Assembly: GCA_963575745.1 (NCBI GenBank)
Contig: CAUYUJ010000001.1
Span: 3,038,001 to 3,102,000, forward strand
Reading direction: 5' to 3'
Source: Prorocentrum cordatum
Taxonomy: Eukaryota
DNA: 64,000 nt
Shown: positions 1-12,900 of the stretch, one piece after another
How positions within the stretch are numbered: position 1 is the first letter of the stretch
How the letters are laid out: every line of letters starts with the position of its first letter
Position numbers and translations under genes: made by a program
The notes under the pieces: model-generated
The model's input: only the letters and a program-made list of their open reading frames with translations
Database searches by the model: none
What the model was told of the DNA's origin: nothing

Positions 1-1417
1 CACATCGCTGAGATACCGCTGAAGAACGGGCGCGAGCGAAACATATTCACTTGCGGAGCCCTGCATTGTTCCACCACTCATGGTATTCTTTGCATGCGCA
101 TAGCCCCTCGGCCAGCACCAAGCCTGAAGATAATCGCGCAGGCAGTCGTGTCCTCTACGAATGCTCGACAACCTACCCAGCATCTCGTCCACCTCCCTCT
201 CGAATAGCCCACCTATCATATAGCAGTGCATCCAGTCCCAAGAGGTGGCCTCCGCAACTGGCACCGCCAGATGCCTGTCCTGGAGGAGGCCGTCGCGCTG
301 GTAGGACCACCCGAACAAGACCTCGAGCCGCTTGACCTCGGCCCACCGTCCAGCATCGGCTGCATCACTGAGGCGCCGCTGAACCGCCATGATCTCCTCG
401 GTCGTGTAGAGATCGAAGAGGCTGACGTCGGTGCAGTGCGCTGGGATCAACCACCCAGTCGGGTCAGGGGGAAGATCGCTTCTGGGGCACACGACGTTCT
501 TGCGCAGCATGCAGGGCTTGATGCCCGTGGCGCCCTTCACCTGCAGCACGAACTTGCGGGCCCGCTCGTCCTGGATCATGATCTGCAGCTTGCCCTGCAG
601 CATCGCGACCTAGGGGCGGGGCTGCCACCGTCCTCTTTCCCATCCTCCTCCTCCTCCTCCTCCTTATCCCCCTCCCCTTGCCGACCCTCCGCCCTCTCGT
701 CGTCGTCGCCACCCTCCCCGCACGGGGGAAAAAATCACGCACCCCTCCATGGAGGGAGGGGTGGTTCGGCGAAGTTGGGGGCGGGGTGAGTAGCATGGGG
801 GGGCGTCGGACCTGGCCGCCGATGCGCAGAGCAACTCCACGTCGGAGATCGGGCCCTGCAGGCAGGCCGAAGAAAAGCTTCAGGCACTCCTTCATCACCG
901 TGGACACGCCACCTACCACATCGTCCAAGATGCTGCTACGCATCGCGGCAATGGTGTTCCAGCAGAGCTCGTTGCTGAGGGCCGGAAAACCGAGCTCGGC
1001 AAAGCTCCAATAGAATGCTTGCGTCTTGCGACGGTTCTTGCCGTCCAAGACGTTGCCAGGGACGATCTCGTCGCTATAGATATACACGTTCATCGTCCCA
1101 TGATGCTTGGCCGCCAACTCGAGGAACATCTCCTGGTACGAGGGTGATGTCCTGCAGGCCGCCTCGAGCCACGCGAATGGATGCTGGAACCACGCGCGCA
1201 CGTCCGATGACCCGAGCCGCTTCTCCACGAGAACGGGGCCGAAACTCGTGTCCTCCATGACTCTGGCCTCGCGGTGCCTGGCCAAGGTCGACGCGCTGAA
1301 CGCCTCGGGGAGGCCCTCCCTCTGGATGTCGGCCATCAAGGCGGCCGTCGCGGCGGCCGTCGCGTGGGACGACCTGCCGTACACGACAGTGCGCATTCTC
1401 TTCGGAACAGAAGGCAT
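1..1417 (-). CDS. CACTA/EnSpm-Mirage-Chapaev (CMC/Plavaka-like) DDE transposase, 2 exons (1417-812, 609-<1), runs off the window
   Basis: Exon 1 has YIYSDEIVPGNVLDGKNRRKTQAFYWS, matching the CMC pattern LYxD(D/E)xxxxNxLxxxxxxKxxxxY. After a GT-AG intron (811-610, CAG|GTC...TAG|GTC, phase 0) the frame is open to base 1 with IQDERARKF..KGATGIKPCMLR (D..G..CxxC-like) and SWDWMHC (DxMH). Confidence 0.75.
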
Positions 1418-1447
1418 AGCTTCTGAGAGCTGGTAAAGCCAGAAACG

Positions 1448-1470
1448 CTTGAGCCAAAAATGGCTACGGT
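1448..1470 (-). promoter_or_regulatory. DinoSL spliced-leader relic, near-perfect
   Basis: Minus strand reads ACCGTAGCCATTTTTGGCTCAAG, the canonical SL plus one T, 30 nt upstream of the transposase ATG. Confidence 0.95.
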
Positions 1471-2266
1471 GTTGCCGCTGATGTTTATGATTTGAACTGT
1501 CGGCGCAGGGTTGTTGCGCCCCGCGTCAGCAGTGTGCAATATACCGTTGCTAGCTATGGGGCCGTTTGCTTGCTTGCTCGCTTAGTTTAAGTTGCTGCTC
1601 TGGTTGATGCTGAATCGCTCTTGCTGGAGCGTTGGTGTGACTCTTAGTTCTTGCCACGATCGTTGATGCTGCTATGTTTGATGCTGAATCACTCTTGATC
1701 CGATCTCTGATGCTGCTCTTGCTTGGATCGCTGGTGTAGCTGGCTTCTTCACTGATGCGCCCTGCTGCTTGGGCGCGTGCGACGATGCGACTGCCGTGGC
1801 GCGCGGCTGCTGCCACCCGCCATTGTTGTGACGCAACGCAGGGCGCCGAAAGCTCCCCAGCCCAAACGAGGCAGGACAGGGGCAGCGAGGGTGCGGAGAC
1901 AACCATTTCTCACCAAAAGGCCAACGCAACATGGGTGCTTGCATCCGCAGCTGCCTTCCCCTCGCCCTCCTCCTCCTCCTCCTCCTGCCCCTCCCACGTG
2001 CTCCGCCTCCTCGCCCGCCTCCCCTCCCTCCTCCTCATCATCCGTACACCTCCCCACCCTCCTCCTTAGCCCTCCCCCACCCGAACCAACCTAGGCCCCC
2101 GCCTCCCTCGCAGGCGATGTGGGGGCAGGGCAAGCCGCGATCCTGTAGCGGGCTGCGCAGAGAGGCACGCGAGGTGGGGAGTAATATAGAAGCGAGTCCC
2201 CAAATGGCTTACAATACTCTCCTCGCAGCGTGCTATCAGAAATGCGCAGGGTGAGCACTAAACAGC

Positions 2267-4651
2267 TCAGCTACCGTCCCAGGCCTCACTCGCCACGCGG
2301 AATCCCCACTGAGCGACCTCGCGCACAGCCGCTGCGGGCAGCCCACCCGCGCGGGCCTGGGTCTGTGCGCGACTGTAAGCCCTCGATGCGAACGTGTTGC
2401 GGTCCCTGCCCTCAATCGAAGCCTTCGTGATGACGTCGGCAATGTTGATGAAGATCCCGTTCCTGATCATGGTGCCTTGGGGGACATGCGGGTCTGGGGC
2501 AGGGGGGAAGGGGACGAGGACGAACGAGGAGGGGAGGGAGGGTGGCAGGGGCAGGGAGGGGGGCGTGAGGGAGGTCAAGAGGGAATGGAGACGGGGGAGG
2601 AAGGCGACGACGACGACAACGGTGAGAAGGAGAAAGGGGATGGACGTGGGATGTGAAGAAAGCTCCGTGGAGCTTCGAAGGCACCCAGGGGGGAGGGGCA
2701 GCGCTACCCTATGGCTACCCCATGGGCGCCCACTGGGAACTTCCGACACCTCGTAGCTACCCCGTCGTTCAACCCCCCGCTGCGCGCTGGCAGTGCCACG
2801 CGTCGCCCTCCTTCTTAGCACCCTCCCTCGCCTTCGCCTCTTAGTCCCCACATCCCTCCTATCCTCCTCCGCATTTCCCTTGTCGCCATTATCCCCCTCC
2901 CCGCACCCCTACCTACTCTTGCTCCTGATACTCCTCATCACCCTCATCCTCGTCATCCTCCTCGTCAGTACCCTCACCCTCATCATTGCCATTGCCGCAC
3001 CCCCCGTGCCTTTCGCCATTGCCCCCGAGCCTTTCGCTGCCTTAGCCATGGGAGCACGTGCAGCCTCCTTGGCCGCGGCGGCTTTAGCCTTGGCCTTGCC
3101 CTTCGGCTTGGCCTTGGCCTTGGCCTTGCCCTTGGACGAGGCCGTCTGCGCGGGCGCGCTCTCCTCGGGCTTGCCCTCGTCGAACTCGACCTCCTCGGCG
3201 GTGCCCGCTGCCGCGGGCCTCTTCTTGCACCTGTAGTTGCTACCAGCCGCCTCCGCTGACCTGTTGAGCTTCTCCTCCAACTCCGCCGCGGGGTCGTGAG
3301 CAGGCAACGGCGCCAGACCAGGCGCCCGAGGTCCACCATGATGCGCGTCGCCGACCGCGGCAGGAACCACGGCCCCGCCTGCACCAGGTGCGCCGCCCAC
3401 CTCGGCAGGCACCAAGGCCGTGCCTGCATCAGGCGCGCCGTCGCCTGCAAGAGGAGCCGCGGCATCGCCTGCACCATGTGCGCCGCCGAGTGGAGCAGGA
3501 ACCACCGCCCCGCCTGCACCGCCAGCCGTCTGAGGCGGCGACGCGGCGCTCGCACCAGACAACTGCGAGTCGAAGCCGCTGAGGTCCTGCTCGGGGTTGG
3601 GGCCGCCCGCCATCGGAACCGCCGATGCACTCAGCGTCCCGACGCCCGAACGGGCAAGGCTGGATGCTGGCGAGCGCTTCGGCGTCGGCCTCGCGTAGCT
3701 GATCGGGCAGCCCCCCCCTTGGGCAGACCCGCCCTCGCTCGATGAGCCGCCCATCAACTGCTGGACTAAGGGGGCCATCCGCATGATGAACTGCATGCCC
3801 TGCATGGCGCCCATCCCTTCCATGCCCATGAAGCCGCCGCCGCCGCCGCCAGCCCTCGGAGGAGCGCCCGCTGGCACCAGGGCCGAGCACGGGCTAGCCG
3901 AAGTGGTATGCCTCGGCTGCAGGGTGTTGTGGCTCCTCTTGCAACCGAACGCCGTGACCTCCGCGTCGAGGGCCGCCGTCGTCACTGACGCTGGCAATGC
4001 GGTAGAAGGTGCGCCGTCTGAGTAGGCGTAGTCGTAGACAGCAGTGGGCAAATCCGATGGGGCGTCAACGTACCTTTTGATATGCTGACCTGGCCAAGTC
4101 TGCTGTTTGTCGAGGCCCTTGATGTAGCCCTTCAGCGTGGTGCACCACTTCTTCTTTGTATCGGGGGTAGCGCCGTCGCTCTCGGCAGGGAGCCCGCACA
4201 ACGTCACAATGGCAACCACGCGCTTGACCAAAGGAATCGAAGGGCACGTCACGCCCAGACGCCATAGGCGCTCCGCCAAGACCTGGAGCTTGGCCTCGAC
4301 CGACAGGCCCGCGTCCTGAACGCAAGTCCAGTCGTGGTCTGTCAAGCAGCTCTCCACGTAGTTCATGGTCTGGTTCTCCCTGGCAGCTTTCTGCTTCGGT
4401 TGGCCACCGCTGTTGCCGACTGCGGTGGCGAGTCTGGCCATCTGCTCCTGTGTCCACGGCCCCGAGCTGAGCTCCGTGGAAACCGCAGAGATGTCATCGA
4501 TGGTGAGCGGCCCCGCGTTCCTCAAGTCGACCAGGAACGCATCCGACTGGGCGACCAGCAGGCTGTCTCGGTCGATCCCAGCCGCCGTCTGCGACGCGAC
4601 GAGGGACACCCACGACCTCAAGGTGGCAATCAGGTTATCGCTCACGGGCAT
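2267..4651 (-). CDS. Hypothetical cargo protein: globular N-terminus, Ala/Gly-rich linker, KKRPAA and (KA)n basic tail; exons ~4651-3010 and ~2475-2267
   Basis: Long non-repetitive ORF from ATG 4651 (MPVSDNLIATLRSW). GC-AG splice AAAG|GCAC...CAAG|GCACC joins in frame to GTMIRNG...ASRAYSRA...WDGS*. Confidence 0.65.
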
Positions 4652-4718
4652 TGGGCGGCTGGCCAAGGCGCCTGGTGCGAAGGGCGCAAAGTCTGGAACT
4701 GGCAAGCCTGAGACAACG

Positions 4719-4740
4719 CTGAGCTAAAAGGGGCTGCGGG
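4719..4740 (-). promoter_or_regulatory. Degenerate DinoSL relic
   Basis: Minus strand CCCGCAGCCCCTTTTAGCTCAG, about 70 nt upstream of ATG 4651. Confidence 0.7.
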
Positions 4741-5505
4741 GTGGGGCGGGGATTAGAAGGCGGAGGTGCGTGGTGGATAAGGGGTGGGCACAACCGCCAC
4801 CACGCTCTCCCAAGGAATATGCGTCGAGCGCGCGCGTTATGCGCTGGGCGTCATCTCGGGCAACTTATAGGCCCCTCTCGGGGCCACGGCCGTTTTCGAA
4901 TGGGGTCCGAACCTGATGTCCCAGACGCATCTCGACACACCGCGACACAGGGCACGCGCTTCGATCATGTGGCGGTGCATCGTCGGGCCCCCCTGCGTGG
5001 GCCCCTCGGCACATTATCGGGCCACCGCGTGGCTCAAAGGGACCGCCGCGCAAGTCAAGTCGCAAGCACGCCGCAAGACGGCCCCCCCCAGTGCGATGGG
5101 GCCCTCATCCTACGATGGGCCCCTCGTCCTCCCTCTCCTCATTATTGCCATCATCCCCACACCCCCCTTATCACAATCCTCCTCATCCTCCTCCTCCTTA
5201 TCATTTCTCCTCCGCCTCCTCCCCCTCGGCTTGACCAGGTCTCCACGGCTGTTCAGTCTCTGACCCCTAGACTCCTCCTCCTCCTCCTCCTCCTCCTCCT
5301 CCTCGCTGCCTCAGCAACTCTCTCTCGCAACGGGCGGAGCGCGGCTCGCGAGGGCCGGCCTGCGGTGAAGTTGGTGAGCACCCCGAGCGGCGAGGGAGCG
5401 GCGGGGTAGCGGCGAGAGAGCGGGCGCATGCGGCAAGAGAGCAGCGGGCGCGGTGATCGCTGCTTCGTCGCCGCCGTCGTCGCCGACACTACTGCCCCTC
5501 CCTGC

Positions 5506-5778
5506 GTAGCTCACTCACCAGCCCGAGTGAGCTACATGTGGTTCGATCGCCGACCCAAGTGAGCTACATGTGGTTCACTCGCAGGCCCAAGTGAACTACG
5601 GCACACCCTTATCAATAGAGTAGCTCACTCGCGCTGGCGAGTGAGCTACATGTAGCTCACTTGCCAGCGCGAGTGAGCTACATGTGGTTCACTCGCGCTG
5701 GTGAGTGAGCTACGCCAGATCTTACACCCTACAGCTCCTCCGCGTAGCTCACTCGGGCTGAGGAGAGGTGATCTACAT
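5506..5778. repeat. Array of short hairpins GTAGCTCACTC-n-GAGTGAGCTAC
   Basis: More than ten copies of the GAGTGAGCTAC motif in alternating orientation, often joined by AT. Confidence 0.9.
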
Positions 5779-6441
5779 ACGACTCGCACGATCGACGATG
5801 TGTGACTGAGGGGTCAGTCACACGTCGCACGAGCCCCTCGGATGGGTGCACCTAACTGGGATGAGCATCACTGGCCCTGGACGGGCCCGCCAGACAAGGG
5901 CGCCTCTCCGAGCCAACACCCCGCAGGCTCCAGGGATCAGGGCTGGCATCGTGCTGGGAGGGCTGCTCGCGGCCGCGATCGGGCCGTGAGCCAAGGGCAT
6001 ATCCTCGAGCCGACTCCGGCGCGCCCAATCGACGACGACGACGACGACGAACGACGACGACGACGAACGACGACGGCGGCGGCGGCGGAGCGGGATCAGA
6101 CGCAGTAGCAGGAGCAGGGGGATGGTGATGGGAGGTGGTCCAGGGGGGGGCGGCGGGGGAGGCCGAGGGCTCAGAAGGAGGATGGGGAGGATGAGGACGA
6201 GGAGGAAGAGCAGGAGCAGGAGCAGGAGGACACGGAGGAGTGATTTAGCCATAGCGCTGCTACGCACATGGGTCGCACCACCAGCGACTGTGTCAGATGC
6301 TCTCCGAGCTAGCATGGGCAATGCTCCGAGCAACTCGCTCGGCACGGCCTCGCACAACGCACTTACGGCGCAGGCGAATCTGAGCCAGCGCATCTGAGAA
6401 CTTCCGCGAGCTGCTGCGCTCGCGCGGCACGGGCCGACCTC

Positions 6442-6924
6442 TCAGCGCGACCTGAGCGAGGTCGGCACGAAAGGTACTGGGATCGGAGCGTCCGTGACCC
6501 CAGCGGGCCTCCTCCTGATGGGCGCAGCATTGCCCTGTGCCGCCGCTGCCCTCGCCGAGGCCTGGTACGCCGCCTCCGCGTGGGCCGCCTCTGCCGCCCG
6601 CCTGTCCTCATCCAGGGCGGCCCTGAACGCCTCGATGCCGTACTTCGCGTTCATATCCTCCTCGCTCCTCTTGGCGATGTCGGCGATGGCCTTGGACGCC
6701 TTGCCGACGGCGCCAATGACCTTGTGCTGATGAGCCTCCGTGATGTTCAGCTGGTGCTGCCCGAGGTAGTCCGTGCACCTAGTGATGCCCTCGGCCTTCT
6801 TGGTGATCGACTTGCTGACGCGGCCGCGCTCGCTGAGAAGATCGGACTGCCGATGCAACTTCGACTTGACCTTCTCGAGCTGGAATTTGAGCTGCAGCTC
6901 GCGGCCCGACTTCTTCGGCGGCAT
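6442..6924 (-). CDS. Small basic coiled-coil hypothetical protein (160 aa)
   Basis: MPPKKSGRELQLKFQLEKVKSKL...IRRRPAG..., intronless, SL relic upstream. Confidence 0.65.
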   Translation of the reverse strand: MPPKKSGRELQLKFQLEKVKSKLHRQSDLLSERGRVSKSITKKAEGITRCTDYLGQHQLNITEAHQHKVIGAVGKASKAIADIAKRSEEDMNAKYGIEAFRAALDEDRRAAEAAHAEAAYQASARAAAAQGNAAPIRRRPAGVTDAPIPVPFVPTSLRSR

Positions 6925-6975
6925 GGCGCAGCCTCGCGAAACACACGTATGGTACTGCGTATGGACGAGCACTGG

Positions 6976-7004
6976 CTTGAGCCTTGAGCCTAACTGGCTA
7001 CGGA
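6976..7004 (-). promoter_or_regulatory. DinoSL relic plus partial second relic
   Basis: TCCGTAGCCAGTTAGGCTCAAG (20/22 match) immediately followed by GCTCAAG. Confidence 0.9.
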
Positions 7005-7147
7005 GGAGGAGGGAGGAAGGATTGTGGAAGGGGGGTCTCGCCCCGTTGCAACTATGCCGATGTTCGACCATCTCGCACCCCCTGTGTATCCAGTCTGCGG
7101 TGGATATCCTCCCGACATACAGCATATTGCGGGGCGGTTGCTTTGCC

Positions 7148-7456
7148 CACCACATAGGTTGCACCAGATAGCTGACACCACATAGCTTGCACCACATAGC
7201 TTGCACCACGTAGACCGCGCCCCATAGATTGCACCACATAGCTTGCACCGCATATATTGCACCACATACAATGCACCACATTGATTGCACCACATAGCTT
7301 GCACCACATAGCTTGCACCGCATATATTGCACCACATAGACTGCACTACATATGTCGCACCACATAGATTGCACCGCATAGCTTGCACCATATAGATTGC
7401 ACCACATAGAGTGCACCACATATACAGGACCACATAGATTGCACCACATATATTGC
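7148..7456. repeat. ~14-17 bp minisatellite (TTGCACCACATAG-like)
   Basis: About 20 tandem degenerate units. Confidence 0.9.
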
Positions 7457-8063
7457 AGAGGCTTGACCTTGGGGCAACAGCTCAGCGGGGGCACCTGCCC
7501 CGACCACGCTCTCGCTCATTCCTTTGTGCCAGAGGGGAGAAGGCGGGATCGGGGTCGCGCGCGAACGGGCGCTCATCGCCTCGCGCCTGACTCAAGATGG
7601 GTGCGAGTGCGGACGGGGGGGAGGGAGGGAGGGTGAGTGCAAGTGGGGGGCCGCCAAGGGGTAGATGGGCGGGGGTGCCTCGCCCTACACCCATGAGAAG
7701 GGGCCAAGCCAAGGGAAGAGGCGGATGATGAAGCTGAAGAGGAGGATGCGGAGGAGGAGGCGGAAGAGGAGGAAGGGGGAGGCGGATGAGGATAGACGGG
7801 GCATCGGGTGACGAGGAGGGTGGTGAGGAGGAAAACTGGACCACCTTAAATGGAAAGGCGGGCAGCTCGTTCTTTTGTGCACAGCCCCTCCCCGTCTGAG
7901 CAACCTAGGCAACCCCCGTCCATCGTGCTACTCTACTGGGGCACGCACGCTTGAGCTAATTACCACAACGAAGCGGTGGCAAACGACCTGGGTTGGATCA
8001 GCGCGGTCGCGCCCACCGACGCCCGCGGTATCTTACATGCACGGGCCAGCCCACGCGCTCGCT

Positions 8064-8967
8064 CTACTCCTTGGGAGGCTCAGTGCGGTGCTGATGCCTC
8101 CACTCGAGCAGCGCGGCAGCCACTTTCTCTGCCGCGGACTGCATCGCCGCCTCGTCGGCCAAGGTAGGTACCTTCATCGATTTGTTAAGCCATTTGGCTT
8201 TGTCAGCATCGAAGTAGGGAACCGAGAGCGCGTGGCGGTAGCCGAGCCACGTCACAAGGCCGTCAGCGAGCGTGGGCTCCCATTCGCTCGGGCCCTGGAC
8301 ATCCTGAGGCTTCATCGTCAAGGCAGCCAAGTTCTCGGGGGGCAACTCGATATGCAAGTGCGAGCGGCGCATTGCCGCCGACCTGACGTTCATCGTGTAG
8401 TCCAACCCCCACTCGTCTGTCACGGTGATGGAGACGTAGCCTGCGGGCGTAATGCGGGGGGGCGGGGGGGGGGGGGGGGATCGCGAAGGGGAGGAGGGTG
8501 AGGGGAGGAGGAAGGGGGGCGGGGGCGGGGGCGGGCGTGGTGGGAGGAGGGGCGTGCAGGGCGACAGGATGAATGGGGGGAAAGGTGAGGGGGCATCGGG
8601 CGGGGCAATGGGATCAGCAACGGCACTCGCAGCAAACAAACAAATAATAATAATTCGGAGCGCCCGCGATCATGTCCAAGGCATCCTTCTTGGCAACCTT
8701 GGCAGCTGGGGGGGCGGCTTCAGCATCTTCCGCTGGCTCCTGAACAGCAGCGATGAGGGGGTCGCACTTCTCAGAGCGCTTCCGATGCATCTCGTCGAGC
8801 ATGTCGAAGCCATTAGAACAGAAGTGGCGAAACCCAGAGTCGAGCCGATCGCAGAGAACCCACGTCCTGTTGTCAGCGGACACCTTCTTGGCAAACCAAG
8901 TCTTCGCCCGAGGTGTATTTTCGTCGGCGGCGATCGCAACGAAGCCGTCCTTGATCGAAATAGGCAT
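8064..8967 (-). CDS. Hypothetical cargo protein, 2 exons (8967-8664, 8440-8064)
   Basis: MPISIKDGFVAIAADE... A GC-AG phase-1 intron (8663-8441) joins ...DMIAG|YVSITVTDEWG... in frame. The intron is low-complexity like the others. Confidence 0.7.
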
Positions 8968-9045
8968 CTCGATCCTGCGGCAGAGGGGAAAGATCTGAGA
9001 GAGTAAGTCCCTTGCACTAGGCGGGTGCGAATTTGCCAAAGACGG

Positions 9046-9066
9046 CCTGAGCCAAAAACGGCTGCA
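9046..9066 (-). promoter_or_regulatory. Degenerate DinoSL relic
   Basis: TGCAGCCGTTTTTGGCTCAGG, about 80 nt upstream of ATG 8967. Confidence 0.8.
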
Positions 9067-9944
9067 CCCAAGATCAACGCGAACCGAAACTGGGGACGGG
9101 CGACCGTACGATGGGTCTCCTGTGCCGATGGTCGCGGGCCGTCTGGGCCCGATGCATCTCGCGCGGTTTTCCGTAGCTGCGTCGAGCAATGGCAGGCGCC
9201 AAAACCAATGGGCGCGGACCAGGTGGCCCTGAGCCCCGAGCCCCCATCCCCAGATATCCTGAACGCCAGTTCGGGGGAAGAGAGGATGGGGAGAGGAGGG
9301 TGGGGAGGACAAGGACGAGGAGGAGGAGGGCTGACCAGGCACCCTCGGCAGGGCACGGGGCTTCCTCCGCCAAGCGGGTCACGGAGGAGGACGGTGGCGA
9401 CCAGAGGCAAGCCGATAGGGGGGGGAAGACGAGGGGGAAGGCGACGATGAGGAGGAATTGCGAGCATTGTTTACTGTATCCGCCACCACGCTTGCGGCGG
9501 TAGGCGCGAGGCAACATTGGAGGCGGCCTCGTTACAAACCTTGGTTTCGTTGCATGTCCTCCCCTCCTCCTCCCCCTTATCCTCCTCCCCCGCGGCATCC
9601 TCATCCGCCCTCTCCTCATCAACTTCTCATTTCTCGCATCTCCTAGCTAGCGGGGCGGTATACTATCTCACGAATGGCCGACGTGCGGTTCTGAGCAAAA
9701 CACTGCCCTCCCCGCTCGCACACCCCAACGCTGCAAACGTCGAGCCATCTTAAACGCACGCTGTGCAAGACCGCCTCGCACGAGACTCGCGAGGGGCGAT
9801 GCGCCGCCGAAACCGACGGGCACGGCTCGAGCTCGGCTGGGTGTCAACCAGGAGATGGGCGCGATCGAACGTTGGCACTCGGCCCCTGGAGGCCTTTGCA
9901 ACTTAACCACTACGCGCCTGAAGGTGGCGGCCCATATCCTGGAA

Positions 9945-12900
9945 TCACCTCTTCCTCTTGGGGGCGGGAGCGGCGGGGCTCCCCGAGGGCTCGTCGTCTG
10001 CGGCCCTCTTCGCCTGGTCTGGCTTCAGGCGAAGCAAAGCAGTGTCTTTAGCCACCACCTTCGAATTAATCAAGCACGGCACCGAAACAGTAACCTTTGT
10101 GCCGCCGTCGTTCGAACCAGGCGTGCACTCACGATGCAACTCCACTTTGACCATCCCGTCAGTCATGTTGACATCTGCTTTCTTCTCAGTAAAGGGGACC
10201 TCCCAAAACGGAGCCAGGAACGCTTTTCTCTTGCCCGCGGGGCCCTTCGTGGGCCAGATCTGCGTGGGGGCCACGTACGCCACGTGGTTCACTGGGAGGC
10301 CGTCGAACTTTGGCAGTGCCACCGCACCAGACGGGACTTTCGTCGACTGCACAACGTTGCACACGTTAGAGACCGCAACGAGGACGAGGGACCCCTTCTC
10401 ATATTTTTTGTTGGACACCATCTTTTTGACATCAACCTTAGCCCCAGGGCCACGGCTAAACAGGATGCCCACGTCGACGCCCTGGGCGTTGCTCCCATAG
10501 CCAATATGCACGGCCTCCTTCGCGAGCAGGGACGCCCGCAGCACGGAGGCTTCCAACGTCTCCTCGGGGGCGGGTGGGTGGCAGTAAGAAGTCTGGATAT
10601 CTTACCAGGGGAGCGGCAGGCAAAAAGCCGGCTTTTCACAAAGGACTCCCCCTCCTCCTCCTCCTCCTCCTCCCCCTCCACCTCCTCAGCCCCATCCTGA
10701 TGGTGGGCGGGGCACGCCAACAAATCTAAATCAAACCACGCGCGTTTTGGTTTCGTGACCGCCCCCCCTCGTCGCCCCTCCCCACGTGGCGAATCGATTA
10801 ACACAGCCGTTGTCCTCGTACCCTGCATTTCGAACGGCATTGAGTATGTCGAGCAGATCGGGTCCCGCGATTTCGCCAGGACCCTCGTGTGGGGGGACCT
10901 CCTCGCCGCATCCCCCTCCCCGCCAGGTGCGCGGGCGGGGTGCTGATTGCCCTCGTCCTCCCTCTCCTTGCTATACCCCCCATCCTCCTCGCCCTTCCCG
11001 CCCACCGCTATCTTCCCCCTCACCTCATCCTCATTACCCTCCTCATTGCAATCCTCACCATCATCGCCCCACTCTGCATCCATCGCCTCGCCCTCGTCAC
11101 CATGCACATCATGATCATCCCTCAACGCCCCCCTCCGCATCATCGCCCCGCACCCACACGCCCGCCCCCGTCCTCGCCCACCCTCCCTCATGCCACGTCT
11201 GCCCCTCCTCCCTCTCCGCCTTCCTCGCCCTCCTCCTTCTCGTCATCATCCTCGTCCTTCTCCCCTCCCATCCTCCTCCTCCGCTTCCTCTTACCCCTCC
11301 GTTATCCTTCCTCATCCCCCATCCTCTTCTTCCTCTCCTCATCATCATCCATCTCAGCATCTTCCTCATCTTCCTCCCCCTCATCATCATCATCCTCATC
11401 CTTTTCATCCTCCTCATCATCACCCACATCCTCATCATCCTCCTTCTCATCCTCGTCCTCATCATCACCCCTCTCATCCCCTATCCCCTCCCCCCCCTCC
11501 TGACACCCAGCCCCCACTCCCCCTCCTCTCCACTACCTCCCACCCCCTCCCGCGGGAGTCCGTCAAGGCAGCCCCCGTGATGTCGAGCCGCTCGGTCTCC
11601 GCCTCGGTCACCACCTGGGGTCAGATAAAGGATGGATGGTGCGAGGGGGAGGGGGAGGGGGGGGTGCGAGCCCCTAAGTCTCTCGGCCTCATGCGATCTG
11701 CCTCGGGTGCTCGAACACGCACCCTGATTCAACAACATGTTGCGAGGATGTCTCTACGCGAAATGCCCACGTCATCTCGCGCGTTGCGAGGATCTCTCAG
11801 GCGAAACTCCTCATGCTCCCCCGCGTCGTCGTGCCCCCGACCGCGCGCGCTACAATCCTAACAGTCAATAATAAGATGAGCAGGTATGACCGTCGTCGTC
11901 ATCGTCGCCGTCGCCATCGTCAATCCTCAGCTGCATTATCGTCGCCATCGTCATCATCGCAAGCCCCGCATTGCCCCTCATTGCGGTCATCCTCATCCTC
12001 GTCGCGTTTTGCTTACCCAGCGCAACCTTGTACAAGTCGACCAACTGCGCGACCTCGACCTCCACGGCGCCCCTGGCGGCCTCGCTGACGATGCCGTCCT
12101 TGATCAGCCTGAGCTTCACCTTATCGGCGGCCGAGTCGCCCATCTCGCCGACCTTCCACTGGCTCGGCCCGTTCTTGCCCTTCTGGTCGTCGGGCACCGT
12201 CTTGAGCTCAACCTTCACGCCCGTCTTGTAGCCCAGCCCTTTGACGACATCCATGTTGAGGCCACCTGCTGCTAGCTCCCGAAAGCCACTCTGGCTCTTC
12301 TTCTGACCAGACTTGGGCGACTTCTTCTCGGGCTGGGTCCAAGGTGGCGTGACCCCCTTGGCCTCTGGCGCCGCCAGGTACACACTGTCCAAGAACTCGG
12401 CCGCAATCTGGTCCAAGCAGGTGTCGGTGTGCGCAGGCTTGTTGGGGGCGGCCTTCGTCAGCAAGTACATGATCGCGTCGACCTCCATGTCCCCCTGGAG
12501 CCTGGTGAAGGTAGACCTACTCAGGTTCACGCCAGCCTTCAAAAGGTCATTCTCGTACCAGTCGCTTGATACCCTCACCTTGCACGCCAGCTCCATCAGC
12601 TCCTTGCGCTTCTCCTTTAGCAACGTCGCGATGTCCGAGCTGTTCAGGAGCTTGCTCGTCGTGGTCCCCGTGTGGCAGTGCTTGGGCGGGGAGCGCATGG
12701 CTGCCTTCACCATGGCGTACACCACCTCAGGCATGCTGTCAAGGTCCACGTTGCTCAGCATCTTGAACATGGTCCCAGGGATCTCCGCGCGATGGCGAAG
12801 CGTCTTCGCCCACTCCGAGAGGGAGGCCAAGAACTTGCCCGTGTCCCCGCCGCTCCAGCGCTCGACGAACGCCGTCATGTCCATCACCTGGCCCTTAAGG

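Noticed and set aside
1448..1470. SL RNA gene
   Set aside because: The SL is followed by CGTTTC and an ATG 30 nt later rather than a GT-starting SL intron, so it fits a relic.
4800..6400. Additional cargo gene(s) between the 4651 and 6924 genes
   Set aside because: Exon-like patches exist but give no coherent frame or recognisable motif.
6990..7494. Cys/Trp-rich protein (MWCNLCG repeats)
   Set aside because: Translation of a minisatellite; the credible gene starts at 6924.
7846..7965. Extra gene behind a weak SL-like TTAGCTCAAG (7950-7959)
   Set aside because: The following ATG (7923) opens only 25 codons and no convincing spliced model could be built.
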